DNA of 64,000 nt from Candidatus Latescibacterota bacterium (GTDB lineage: Bacteria; Latescibacterota; UBA2968; UBA8231): assembly GCA_965200315.1 (NCBI GenBank), contig OZ241362.1, positions 3,264,001-3,328,000 of the forward strand. Reading direction: 5' to 3'. Made by a program: the position numbers and the translations under genes. Below are positions 28,837-38,842 of this stretch, in pieces. Position 1 is the first letter of the stretch; the number at the start of each line of letters is the position of its first letter. The notes beneath the pieces are model-generated. The model was not told the DNA's origin and ran no database searches. It worked only from the letters and a program-made list of their open reading frames with translations.

Positions 28837-31503
28837 TTAGGGGTCTGGTTGAACTACGCGCAGGACCTGATTGGCCGCCATCGCTTCCATCTTTTGCAAG
28901 GTGCCGTCGGGCCAGCGGATTTCGATTGTGGCCTCGGTGGCCTCTCCTAGGCCAAAGTGGAGACGGGGGTCGCTACTCGAGAGGTAACTACCGCCTGACT
29001 GGCATTCCTTGACCTGCCGCAGCCCATCGGCCGTCACGGCGACGCGGGCGTGCTGCGAGGTGCCCCCCAACTGAATCGTCAGCCAGTGCTGCTGGTTGCC
29101 CCCGTCGTTGCGCAGGAGGTTGGGAGCGGCGGCAACATTGGTCACTAGCAGGTCTAGGTCGCCATCGTTGTCGTAGTCGGCCGTGGCCGAAGCGCGGCTT
29201 ACCGCCGCCACCGAGAGCGCGGAGCCTAGCCGAGCCGAGACATCGACAAAGCGGGTCCCCTGCTGGTTGCAGAGCATCTGATTGGGCTGCGGATAGGCAT
29301 GGTCCGGGTGTACTTGGGTGATTTTGTCCATGACGTGGCCATTGGCGACAAAGAGGTCTAAGTCGCCGTCGTTGTCGTAGTCGAAAAAATTGGTGCCAAA
29401 GCCCAGCGGTTTGTAACTGCACTCAGCCAAGCCGGCGCGTTGGGTGATGTCGTAGAATTGCCCTTGCCCATCGTTGCCGTACAAAGTGTTGGTTTCTTGG
29501 GCGAAGTTGGTCACAAAAATATCTTGCAACCCGTCGTTGTCCCAATCCCCGAACTCCACCCCCATGCCAGCTTCGGCCAAGCCGTCTTCGTTGTAGCGTC
29601 CTCCGGCGTAGAGGCCAACCTCGGCAAAGCGGTTCCCTTGGTTTTGGTAGAGAAAGTTCATCGTGCCGTCGTTGGCCACATAAATGTCGGTGTCGCCGTC
29701 AAGGTCGTAATCCGCGAAGGCCACGCCCAAGCCGCGCCCCTTGTGGACGATCCCGGTCTCCAACGTCACATCGCGGAATTGGCCGTCTTCGTTGCGGTAG
29801 AGCACATCGCCTACCGGCTCGTAGAACTTCGGTTCGCAATAGGAGCGAATGCCGCCCTCGGCGCAGACGATATTGTTCTGCGGGTCAAACTCCACGTAAT
29901 TGGTCGCGTAGAGATCCAAATCGCCGTCGAGATCGTAGTCTAGAAAGCCGCAACTAGTACCCCATCGGGCATCGGCCCCACCCACGGCGGCGGTCGCGTC
30001 GGCAAAGCGCCCATTGCCCTCGTTGCGCAACAAGAGGTTCGGGCCAACGTTGGTCACGTAGAGATCCACGTCCCCATCCGCATCGTAGTCAGCGGCCGCA
30101 CAGCCCATGCCGTAGCCGGTGTGCCCGGCCTCCGAGACAGCCGTCACATCGGTGAAGCGGTCAGCCCCGGTGTTGTGGTACAGGCGATTGGTGGGAATTG
30201 GCTCGGGGCGCTCGCCGCTCAGGGGTGCGCCGTTGACCAGATAGAGATCGAGCCAGCCATCGCCGTCAACGTCGAGGAAGGCCGCCCCAGCCCCAAAGGT
30301 TTCGACATAATAGTATTCGCCCGAAAAGCCGTTGTAGTGCGCAAAATCGAGGCCGGCCGCTTGGGTTATATCGACCAATCGAATGGGGTTGCAGCTAAGG
30401 TCGGTGGTGTCCGGCGGTGGCACTGAGCGGGCTGCGGCTTTGGGTTTTAGATCTATCAGAGGAGCGGTCACATCTGCGAGGTCGGGAGCGGCACTAAAGT
30501 GGGCATTGGGGCGGAAAGGCTGGGCAAAGGTCGCGCCAGCAAAGGTGGCTTCCTGTTGGAAGCGACTGTCGCCAAAAAACGCGGACGCACGAAAATGAGC
30601 ATTGACAAAACGGGCCGGACCGGCAAAGACGATGCGGCGGAAGGAGGCCGCAGTGGAGAAATCGGCGCGCTCGAAATGGGCTGCGCTACGGAAGTAGGCC
30701 GCAGTGAACATGGGGGCTCCCGCAAAGTGGCTTTGCGCGAACAGGGCGTCCTCGCCAAAACGAGCGCCGGCAAAGGAAACGGTCGCTTGCCACACCGCTT
30801 CTTTGAAAGAGGCCAGATCCGCAAAGGAAGCATCCTGAAAAGAGGTAGAGCGGGCGAACACAGTCTGGTCGAAGTAGGTCGCGTCCTCAAATTGAGTGCG
30901 CTCAAAGGTGGTTTCTCCGCCAAAGTTGGTCTGCTGAAAAAAGGCCGCACCGGAAAACAGGGTGGCTGAAAAATCTACTTTATCGGCAAGCACAGTCCGT
31001 TTGAAATTAGCCGTGTCCACCATGCGGCAGTCGCGGCAGGAAAATTCACTTTCGAGGCGGGTTTTGAGCAGGGAGATACCTTGTTGGAAGTGGGTGCGAA
31101 CAAAGTGCATCGGTTGCAGAAAAACGGCGCGTTCTAAAACTACGGGATTGGCAAAACGCACATCCTCAAAGGCGAGTGCCGTGTGCAGGGTGTCGCCGGT
31201 TAATTCAAGCGGCCCCTGCACCACAATGCGGTTGTATTCGAGTGCGGTGTCGGCAGGGGCTCGCTCGATGGCTGCGACGAGGTCGCGGGCGAGGATGAGC
31301 TGGTAGGCTTTGCCTTCTATGGTCACTTCGTATTGGGCTATCGAGGGCAGGGGAACTATCAGAAATAGCAAGAAAAGACGATGGACGGATGAGCAGAAGA
31401 CCATGATTTGCGACAGCTTGGGACTTTGGCTTTTTGAAGGGGTCCATAATATCCAATACAAGCGTGGGGCGGCAAGGCGCAACCGCTTGACATAGGGGTA
31501 CAT
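28837..31503 (-). CDS. Pentapeptide-repeat domain fused to CRTAC1-like FG-GAP/ASPIC-UnbV protein
   Basis: N-terminal A.F..A.F repeats (A.F..T.F...); then GAAFLD.DGDG.LDLY repeats and GGSYLSSSDPRLHFGLG; real start may be 31404. Confidence 0.82.
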   Translation of the reverse strand: MYPYVKRLRLAAPRLYWILWTPSKSQSPKLSQIMVFCSSVHRLFLLFLIVPLPSIAQYEVTIEGKAYQLILARDLVAAIERAPADTALEYNRIVVQGPLELTGDTLHTALAFEDVRFANPVVLERAVFLQPMHFVRTHFQQGISLLKTRLESEFSCRDCRMVDTANFKRTVLADKVDFSATLFSGAAFFQQTNFGGETTFERTQFEDATYFDQTVFARSTSFQDASFADLASFKEAVWQATVSFAGARFGEDALFAQSHFAGAPMFTAAYFRSAAHFERADFSTAASFRRIVFAGPARFVNAHFRASAFFGDSRFQQEATFAGATFAQPFRPNAHFSAAPDLADVTAPLIDLKPKAAARSVPPPDTTDLSCNPIRLVDITQAAGLDFAHYNGFSGEYYYVETFGAGAAFLDVDGDGWLDLYLVNGAPLSGERPEPIPTNRLYHNTGADRFTDVTAVSEAGHTGYGMGCAAADYDADGDVDLYVTNVGPNLLLRNEGNGRFADATAAVGGADARWGTSCGFLDYDLDGDLDLYATNYVEFDPQNNIVCAEGGIRSYCEPKFYEPVGDVLYRNEDGQFRDVTLETGIVHKGRGLGVAFADYDLDGDTDIYVANDGTMNFLYQNQGNRFAEVGLYAGGRYNEDGLAEAGMGVEFGDWDNDGLQDIFVTNFAQETNTLYGNDGQGQFYDITQRAGLAECSYKPLGFGTNFFDYDNDGDLDLFVANGHVMDKITQVHPDHAYPQPNQMLCNQQGTRFVDVSARLGSALSVAAVSRASATADYDNDGDLDLLVTNVAAAPNLLRNDGGNQQHWLTIQLGGTSQHARVAVTADGLRQVKECQSGGSYLSSSDPRLHFGLGEATEATIEIRWPDGTLQKMEAMAANQVLRVVQPDP

Positions 31504-31533
31504 GCCTACTTTTTCAAGCGGAATAACAAGCTA

Positions 31534-31768
31534 CTACACCCGCTCGGCTTGGGGTTCGGCCAGCCCGTGGGTGTGATCCCACAAATGCCCCCGTCGCTTC
31601 TGGCCCTCTAGAGTCGTTTCAAAGTACACTCCCCGAACCGGCTCATGCACTAACGTCATATCGTGATGATGCCCCATGCCCGTGGCAAGACAGTCGCCCG
31701 GCTTCATTTCGTATGTGTTCCAACTCACACCAATCGGGGTACTGATCCTCACTTTTGAACATCGGCAT
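31534..31768 (-). pseudogene. Cupin-like pseudogene with internal deletion and frameshift
   Basis: AAAGGAG RBS then MPMFKSEDQYPDWCELEH, joining out of frame (~31713) to YEMKPGDCLATGMGHHHD...GHLW. Confidence 0.65.
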
Positions 31769-31974
31769 AACATTTCTCCTTTCTATCAGTTTTTGAAAAG
31801 TTTTAGAATGGCGCTTGACCGCCTCGCGAAGCAGCTCGGCATCCTGAACACATGAATGGAGACGATCAGCCAGTCGAAAATTGGACTTGTATGCGCGTCT
31901 TGGTAGGGCCATCCATTAGTGCGGCTAGTGCGGCGCAAGAACTCCTCCAGCAGCCGCGCCCGCCGAATCAGCGA

Positions 31975-33891
31975 TTACATGTTCGTCAGCCAGCGCCCTT
32001 TTTCCGCAGTCAGCGCATAGATCGCGCCCCATACGCCCGAGACGGACACCTCGCCCAAAATCAACCCTAAAAAAAGCGGCTTGACGTTCTGGAACAGGCG
32101 GACGCCGCCAAAGCGCAGGATGACCAGCTTCAAAAACCAAGCAATCAGCGCCGAAAACCAGATCTGACTCGTTAGCCAGCCCACGGCGATAGCAAAGCCG
32201 ATCGGATGAAAGGGCCACCAAAACCACCGGTGCTGCGCCCACATCAGAAAGCCCTCCACGGCCGCGCCGATCCCCTTGAAGAGCCAGCCGCGCATATCGG
32301 CCTCGGGCATATTGAGAATGGTCGGGCCGATGTACGGCCAGCCGTGGGCACCGGCCCAATTGATCAGCGACAGATTAACCGCTCCATAGGTGTAGGCCAA
32401 GTTCAAGGTCATGTAGGCTGCGGCCAAAAGGCTGCACACCAGTGCCAGCATCAGGCCCCAAAACAGCCGCGTCTTGGGGCCGGGGACCAGCTCGGCGAGC
32501 TTGAGACCGTTGGCGCAGGCGACCATCGGCGAGGTGCGCGATTCGCCCTGCCAAATGAAGGTGAAGTTGAGGGCGACCAAGCCCTTGGCACCGAGGACCG
32601 AGGTCCCCAAACCCGAAATGATGAAGTACGCCGGGACAATGGGGCTGCGGGCGGTGGCCACGCCGCCGGTAGCCACCACGCGTGCGACTAAAATAAAAAA
32701 CAGCAAGCTGACGACGAGCAGGACCGGAAGCACCCCAATCGGCACCCCCGAACGCCAGAGCCACACGGCCACGAAGAGCAGGCTGCCCAAAAAGCCGATC
32801 AAGGCCGTGCGATAGCTGAGCAACTCCTCGCTGTCATCGACGCCGTGCGGGTCCCAGAGCTTGCGCCAGACCTCTTTGAGATGGGGCCGGGCCGTCCACA
32901 GTCCAAAGAGCACCAACACAATGACCGCGCCGGTGGCTTGATGGGTCAGGTCGGCCGGCTGTGAGTACTCGTATGCACTCAGGCGCTCAGTGCTGGCGAT
33001 GCCGAGCGTCTTGAAGACCCCTTCCTCCACCTTGGAGAACACGTAGAAGAACCAAATGCTGAACGTGATCTCGAGATTGACCAAGTAGAAGAAGCCGACC
33101 CAGGCCAAGTTGAGTGCAACCGGCAGGTGCAAGGTATGGTTTAAGAAAGAAAACCGGCCCCTAGGGTTGTATTCGGGCGCGAACGGGAAGTAGTGGTTGA
33201 GGGCGTTGAGACTGAGCAGGACGAAGGGCACGGCAAACCCCAGCCACATCCGCTGGTCCTTAAAGAAAGGAGCCACGCACGCGTTGGCGTCCTTCTCAAT
33301 CATATTCTGCGGTAGCTGGACCATGGGGTAGGTCAGCCGCTCGTGTACCGACCACTGGCGGTGGAGAATGGCGCTCATGCAGATCAGCATGAAGCTCATG
33401 GCCACGATCAACGCCAGCCAGTAGGCCATCGGCTCCATCCAGACGCCCCACGGGATGGATTCACCTTGCGGCAGACCTTCGTAGTAATTCTTGATGGCCT
33501 CAAAGTCCTGCGGCGCGATCCACTCAGGAATAAAGTCGTAGAACAGCTCGGCGTAGTTGTTTTCGGGGGTGGCGTAGTAGAAGGGAAAGACGATGGTGCC
33601 AATGAGGAAGAACATCAGGCCCCAAGTCGGCACAGTGACCGCCATCAGCAACATGCAGTAAATCAGGACGAGATCGGCTTTGGACAGGGCGAAATGGCGG
33701 CCGAGCAGGGCCACGAATCCATTGACGGCAAAGGTCAGGACAAAAAAGAGAAAGAGCGCACCCGGCGACGAGGGGTTGAAGCCGACCCAGTAGTAATTGA
33801 ACACGACCCCATACGGCGCGAGCAGACCCACCGCTAGGGAAAGGGCTATACCGATTAGCAGCCCCTTGATGCTGAAAGGCGAGTTGGGCAT
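31975..33891 (-). CDS. Polytopic membrane protein, DUF6785/DUF6784-like putative transporter
   Basis: Many TM segments; RQW...ERL.YPMVQLP and C-terminal WWPFHPIG...LK..ILRFGG...PLFLGLILGE. Confidence 0.78.
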   Translation of the reverse strand: MPNSPFSIKGLLIGIALSLAVGLLAPYGVVFNYYWVGFNPSSPGALFLFFVLTFAVNGFVALLGRHFALSKADLVLIYCMLLMAVTVPTWGLMFFLIGTIVFPFYYATPENNYAELFYDFIPEWIAPQDFEAIKNYYEGLPQGESIPWGVWMEPMAYWLALIVAMSFMLICMSAILHRQWSVHERLTYPMVQLPQNMIEKDANACVAPFFKDQRMWLGFAVPFVLLSLNALNHYFPFAPEYNPRGRFSFLNHTLHLPVALNLAWVGFFYLVNLEITFSIWFFYVFSKVEEGVFKTLGIASTERLSAYEYSQPADLTHQATGAVIVLVLFGLWTARPHLKEVWRKLWDPHGVDDSEELLSYRTALIGFLGSLLFVAVWLWRSGVPIGVLPVLLVVSLLFFILVARVVATGGVATARSPIVPAYFIISGLGTSVLGAKGLVALNFTFIWQGESRTSPMVACANGLKLAELVPGPKTRLFWGLMLALVCSLLAAAYMTLNLAYTYGAVNLSLINWAGAHGWPYIGPTILNMPEADMRGWLFKGIGAAVEGFLMWAQHRWFWWPFHPIGFAIAVGWLTSQIWFSALIAWFLKLVILRFGGVRLFQNVKPLFLGLILGEVSVSGVWGAIYALTAEKGRWLTNM

Positions 33892-33911
33892 CTACGAGTA
33901 GTTGCTGTGCC

Positions 33912-34694
33912 CTACCCGGCAGCCGAGGCGGCCAAAAGCCCCCCATCCACCGGCAGGGACGCCCCGGTGATGCAGCCGGCGGCCGGCGAGCAGAGGAAGA
34001 CCACGGCCCGGCCAATGTCTTCGGGGGTTCCCGGACGGCGCAAGGGAACTATGTCGTGGAGTCGTTTCTCGATAATGCCCAAGGCCGGAGGCGGTTCGTT
34101 GAAGACGTGATCGGTGTCCATGTATCCGGGCATGATGGCGTTGCAGCGAATTCCGTATGCGCCCAAGTCGACGGCCATGCTTTCGGTCAGGCGCAAGACG
34201 CCGGCTTTGGCGGCCCCGTAGGCCGTGTCGTTTTTCCACGCCCGGCGTCCGTGTACCGAGGAGGTGCTGACGATGGCTCCGCCGCCGCCCTGCGCCACCA
34301 TGGCGCGCGCCGCTTGCTGCGAGCACAGGAAAAAACCCTTGAGGCCCACGTCGAGGTTTTGGTCCCAATTCTCCTCGCTGAGCTCGAGGAAGGGCTCGCC
34401 CGTGCCGCCGTAGGGGTTGTTGACCAAGATGTCAATGCGGCCAAACCGTTCGAGAAAGGCCGCGAACATCGCCTCGACGTGGTCGCTAGCGGAAATGTCG
34501 CCAGCGAAGAATTCGGCCTCGCGGCCCATGGCGCGGATCAGGCCCAGCGTTTGGCCGACATCCTCGTCGTCGTGCAGATCGTTGATCCCCACGTCGCAGC
34601 CCGCTTCGGCTAAAGCCAAGACAATGCCGCGGCCAATGCGGCGCTTGCCGCCGGTGACGAAGGCTTTCTTTCCGCTTAGCAAGTATGCGGACAT
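33912..34694 (-). CDS. SDR family oxidoreductase
   Basis: VTGG.R.IG, DILVNN, YGAAK, ITG.SL.VDGG. Confidence 0.9.
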   Translation of the reverse strand: MSAYLLSGKKAFVTGGKRRIGRGIVLALAEAGCDVGINDLHDDEDVGQTLGLIRAMGREAEFFAGDISASDHVEAMFAAFLERFGRIDILVNNPYGGTGEPFLELSEENWDQNLDVGLKGFFLCSQQAARAMVAQGGGGAIVSTSSVHGRRAWKNDTAYGAAKAGVLRLTESMAVDLGAYGIRCNAIMPGYMDTDHVFNEPPPALGIIEKRLHDIVPLRRPGTPEDIGRAVVFLCSPAAGCITGASLPVDGGLLAASAAG

Positions 34695-34743
34695 AGTGTG
34701 CTCCTTGAGTTAAGGGTGGCCAATGGCCACCGATCACCAACCA

Positions 34744-35481
34744 CTAATCGATGATTTCGGGATGTTCGTGTATCGAGGGAGTGGCCATAATGCGCTTCTG
34801 TCGTTCGGTCAGCTCGCCGTACTCTTCGAGGTTGTAAAACTCCTTGGCCCACGTCGAGTAGCCGGGGCTGTACTTATAGAGCAATGTGCGGCGTTGGTGC
34901 TCGGCGCACCACGGCATGGTGCCGTGGATGAGAGCTTCGGTAAAGAACAGCGCATCTCCGGCCTTGGCCGTGGGTTGAACGACGTAGTGAGTGCTGCGCT
35001 CAAAGAGCCTGACGTCTTGGGGCAGGTTGCGAGGGTAGTTGGTCTTGTGGCTGCCCGGCACGCAGGCAAAGCCGCCGTCGCCCTCGTTGGCATCGGCGAG
35101 AAAAAAGGTCACCACACTCAGGCCATTGCGCATCTGGCCATCTCGGTAGCTGAACCAGTGGTCGGTATCTTGGCTGGGGCCGCCGTGAAGACCGCCGCGG
35201 CTGTCGCCTCGGTCCATGATAATGGCGTAGTCGTGGTCGATGCGGACCTTGGGGCCGATCAGCTCGACCAAGTAGGGCAAAATTTTGGGGTGGTCGATTA
35301 GGTTTTTGGTGGCTTGGCCCCAGCTACTGACCTTGTTCAGGTCGTTGCGAGGGTGGTTGTCCCAGCCGGCGAGGTGCCGGTCCACCAGCGCGTTGAGATC
35401 GTCCAGTTCCTGAGAGCTGAGGACGTCTTTGATGACCAGATAGCCCTCTAAGTCAAAGACGAATTTTTCTTCTTCGGTCAT
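34744..35481 (-). CDS. PhyH family Fe/2OG enzyme with HxG in place of HxD
   Basis: FDLEGYL, LHGG, PGSHK, GDALFFTEALIHGT. Confidence 0.88.
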   Translation of the reverse strand: MTEEEKFVFDLEGYLVIKDVLSSQELDDLNALVDRHLAGWDNHPRNDLNKVSSWGQATKNLIDHPKILPYLVELIGPKVRIDHDYAIIMDRGDSRGGLHGGPSQDTDHWFSYRDGQMRNGLSVVTFFLADANEGDGGFACVPGSHKTNYPRNLPQDVRLFERSTHYVVQPTAKAGDALFFTEALIHGTMPWCAEHQRRTLLYKYSPGYSTWAKEFYNLEEYGELTERQKRIMATPSIHEHPEIID

Positions 35482-35495
35482 GGCCTACTCCCTTG

Positions 35496-37043
35496 CTATT
35501 CCGCGTAGATGTCCTGCATCTGATAGGCGTCGAGCGAGACCAGCTCAGCACTCTGACCCTGTGCCCGCAGCGAGACCCCGACGCTGTCGGCGCGGTCGGG
35601 ATAGACCCGTGCAGCCACGCATTGCTGGCCGTTGGCAAAGACTTCGACGACGCTCTTATCGACGAAGACCCGCAGCTTGAGCGTCTCGCCCGGAGCGAGG
35701 ATGACCGGGGCGGTCTCCGGGGCGCGGGAGAGGACGTCGGGCGCGATAGAAGCATACGAGGTGTCGAGCGAGATCAAGCTCTGATGGCAATCGCTGCCAA
35801 AGACGCGGTTGCTGAAGCCCCGGTTTTTGAAGAAGGCGATGCGCGTGTGTTCCTCCCGGCCGGGAGCGCGCAAGACATTGAGCTCGACCATGGGCGCGTC
35901 TTGGGGATAGATTTCGGCGACGATTTCCATGGCGTTGCCGCGAATTGAATCGAGGACGAGTTCTTCGTTGGCGGGGAGGGTAGTTTGGCCGATGTGCTGA
36001 TGGTCCCGCCGCAGCGACTCTAGGTCGCCGGCCGGCTCCATGGCCAGCTCGTCGCCGACGACGGTCAGCCGGCGGGGCAGGGTCATAATCTGGTTCCAGC
36101 CCTCGGTTGGTTTGCCCGGGTTCATGTTGAAAATGGTCAAGACGCCGCCTTGGCCGTCGGGCGTGGCCGAAGGAGCGTGAACGCCCGACGGCGCGGCCGC
36201 GCCAAAGTTGAATTTGGCTCCGTAGGTCACCACGAACTTGTCGCGCTCCGTGTCGTAGTCGCCGAGCAGGTACTGGCCGCCGCTTCTATGGCTGAAAAAG
36301 AGAAGGATGTGGCGGTCGCCAATCGGCCAGAAATAGGGACAGGCCCCGTCGTCGCCGACCAAGGTGTAGCGGTCGTCCTCGACGAAGGGGTGCAGGTACT
36401 CCCAGTGTTCGAGATCGCTCGACCTGAAGAGGAAGTTGGCGCGCACGGGCTTGCCGGCCGGGCCTTCGGGCTTGGTGCCCGCCGACAGCGAGTAATAGGC
36501 GTCGCCCTGTTTCCAGATGCAGGGGTCGAAGACTCGGTAGGGCTGGTCGGCGCGGATGGGAATTACGGCTTTGTTGGCGACCTTTTCCCAGTTGAGCAAT
36601 AGCGGGTCCGAAGAAGTGGCGACCATGTTGCCGACCTCGGTGCCGTGGTACATGGCGATGACGCGGTCTTCCTCGACCAGCGCAGCACCCGAAAAGCAGC
36701 AGCGCTCCGGGTTCGGATAAATGCAGTAGGGCAGGTCGCGCCAGTGGACGAGGTCGTCGCTGATGGCGTGGCCCCAATGCTGGCGCGTGTCTTCCGGGGG
36801 ATAGGCTTGGTAGAAGAGATGGTAGCGGCCCTGCCAGAAGCAAAGCCCGTTGGGGTCGTTGAGATTGGCTTCGGGGTTGATGTAGTGGTAGATGGGACGG
36901 TGCGAGTCGCCGGCGTACGAGCGGCGCGCTGCGAGCAGGCGCTGCATCAGCGGATTGGTGGCCAGCGCCTCCTCTTGTTCGGCTAGGGTGTCGGGAAAGG
37001 TGTGGTAAGGAACCTTTGAAGTATAATCGGGCGCGGCAGTCAT
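35496..37043 (-). CDS. Glycoside hydrolase family 32 protein (non-canonical motifs)
   Basis: NDPNG, YHLFYQ, HWGH, FSG, FDP, GACP; C-terminal LRVFVDKSVVEVFAN beta-sandwich. Confidence 0.9.
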   Translation of the reverse strand: MTAAPDYTSKVPYHTFPDTLAEQEEALATNPLMQRLLAARRSYAGDSHRPIYHYINPEANLNDPNGLCFWQGRYHLFYQAYPPEDTRQHWGHAISDDLVHWRDLPYCIYPNPERCCFSGAALVEEDRVIAMYHGTEVGNMVATSSDPLLLNWEKVANKAVIPIRADQPYRVFDPCIWKQGDAYYSLSAGTKPEGPAGKPVRANFLFRSSDLEHWEYLHPFVEDDRYTLVGDDGACPYFWPIGDRHILLFFSHRSGGQYLLGDYDTERDKFVVTYGAKFNFGAAAPSGVHAPSATPDGQGGVLTIFNMNPGKPTEGWNQIMTLPRRLTVVGDELAMEPAGDLESLRRDHQHIGQTTLPANEELVLDSIRGNAMEIVAEIYPQDAPMVELNVLRAPGREEHTRIAFFKNRGFSNRVFGSDCHQSLISLDTSYASIAPDVLSRAPETAPVILAPGETLKLRVFVDKSVVEVFANGQQCVAARVYPDRADSVGVSLRAQGQSAELVSLDAYQMQDIYAE

Positions 37044-37266
37044 GGAATCCTCCGGTTCGATGAGTGATCGTTAGGGCAGCGCAAAGTATAGGTCTTGCGC
37101 GGGCGTCAATCCAGTCTTGGGCATAAGCCAACGCGCCGCTGCCGATCCAAGCGGTTTGACAGCCGCCGTGCGAATGCTCTCTATTCCCTTAGATCAACGC
37201 GTTGAGTCAGCTAAGTGTTCGTCATCAGCGGCTAATCGCGCCATTGCAAAAAGGAGCAAACTTTCT

Positions 37267-37929
37267 ATGGTCAAACCCGAAGTACTAGCAGCCTTTAAGG
37301 AATTCGACTCGCCGACGATTTTCAACGCCATTGTGTTAAAATGCGGCCTGCCCAACGAAGAGTACACCGACCATCGGATCCGCTACCTGCTGCCGGAATT
37401 GGGGCCGGTCATCGGCTATGCAGTGACCGCGGAAGTAACGACCAACGACCCTGATTCCGTCGCAGTCCCTTGGGAAGGGTACTACGAGGCAATCGACGCC
37501 ACGGAGGGACCGGTGGTCGCGGTGATGAAGGACGTGGACTCGCGTCCCGGGCGCGGAGCCAGTTTTGGCGACGGCATGGCGCGGCTGCACCAGCGGCTAG
37601 GCGCGGTGGGGGCCATTGTCGATGGAACGGTGCGCGACTTGGAGGGAATCCGCCACGTCGGGCTGCCCGTCTTCGCTTGGGGGACGGTGCCAGGGCACGG
37701 CGTATTTAACGCGACGCGGGTCAATGCGCCGATTACCGTAGGGTCGGTGCGGATTCGGCCGGGAGACCTGATCTTTGGCGATGGCGACGGCTGTGTGCGC
37801 ATTCCACTGGAATACGCCGAGGAAGTGTTGGAATTGGCCTCAGCGGTGCGGGACAAGGAGGCCAAAATTTTTGCCCTGTACGATTCAGACGATTTTTCCA
37901 TCGCCAAGTGGCGAGAATCGCGCAAGTAG
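37267..37929 (+). CDS. RraA/HMG-aldolase family protein
   Basis: GYAVT, ASFGD.MA, GAIVDG.VRD, PGDLIFGDGDG; start after AAGGAG. Confidence 0.88.
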   Translation: MVKPEVLAAFKEFDSPTIFNAIVLKCGLPNEEYTDHRIRYLLPELGPVIGYAVTAEVTTNDPDSVAVPWEGYYEAIDATEGPVVAVMKDVDSRPGRGASFGDGMARLHQRLGAVGAIVDGTVRDLEGIRHVGLPVFAWGTVPGHGVFNATRVNAPITVGSVRIRPGDLIFGDGDGCVRIPLEYAEEVLELASAVRDKEAKIFALYDSDDFSIAKWRESRK

Positions 37930-37963
37930 GGCGTACCCTTATCGCCGCCCAAAGGAGGACAGC

Positions 37964-38839
37964 ATGGAGACCACCACGGTAAAAATTGATCCCAAAGAAG
38001 AAATCGGCTTTATGAGGGTCGATGAGACCGATTTTGCCGCTTTCTCCCTGAGCCAGCAAATCCGCCATCTCGAAATGGAAGGCTATGTGCTCCTGCCGGA
38101 TGTGCTCAACGCCGCGCACATTGCGGCACTGAAGGCCGAACTGAAAGACCTGCCGATGGGGCACAAGGACTACAGCGAGGCCCAAACCTTCCACCACGAG
38201 CCCCAATGCACGAGCCGGTTGGTAGCCGAACTGATCGGCCATCCGCCAATCGCGGAATTCCTCAAAGCGCTCATGGGGCCAGACATCGTATTCACGCACG
38301 GGCTTTTTACCCGCACCCTCTCCGGATCGCCGGGCATTTCAATGCACACCGACGGCCAGCCATTCGGCTCGTCGATTTTTGGCTTTGAAGGCTCTTCGCC
38401 GCGCCTTTTGCGGGTGCTCTACTACCTCGACGACCTGCCGGCCGCGCGCGCGCCCTTCCGGCTCATCCCGCGCTCTCATCTCTCGTTCCATGCCCAAGCC
38501 AACCCATACGTGCGCTATGTCTCGCACCCTCAGGAGATCACGCTCTGCGCTAAAGCCGGTTCGGTAGTAATGATACCCGCCCTCCTCTTCCACGGCACCC
38601 ATCCCAACAAGGACTTGGTCCCTCGGGATCTGATCCAGTTCGGCTATCGGCCAGCTTGGGCGGGGCCGGTTCAGCCGATGGATGAGTGGGACCCGGAATG
38701 GGTGGAGAACGCCCCGGCCGCGGCCAAACCTTTTCTCCAAAGCCGCAACACGACCGGCAAGGAGTGGAAACAAGTCCACAAGCCCCAAGGCATGCAGCGC
38801 GACGCGCCGGGCATCAATCCAGACCGTTGGGAGAACTAA
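37964..38839 (+). CDS. PhyH family Fe(II)/2-oxoglutarate dioxygenase
   Basis: EGYV, MHTDG, YYLDDL, P.SH, LFHGT; start after AAGGAGG. Confidence 0.85.
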   Translation: METTTVKIDPKEEIGFMRVDETDFAAFSLSQQIRHLEMEGYVLLPDVLNAAHIAALKAELKDLPMGHKDYSEAQTFHHEPQCTSRLVAELIGHPPIAEFLKALMGPDIVFTHGLFTRTLSGSPGISMHTDGQPFGSSIFGFEGSSPRLLRVLYYLDDLPAARAPFRLIPRSHLSFHAQANPYVRYVSHPQEITLCAKAGSVVMIPALLFHGTHPNKDLVPRDLIQFGYRPAWAGPVQPMDEWDPEWVENAPAAAKPFLQSRNTTGKEWKQVHKPQGMQRDAPGINPDRWEN

Positions 38840-38842
38840 GAC

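Noticed and set aside
31786-31912. Possible ribbon-helix-helix antitoxin remnant (AELLREAVKRH)
   Set aside because: Too short and lacks a clear start; cannot be supported
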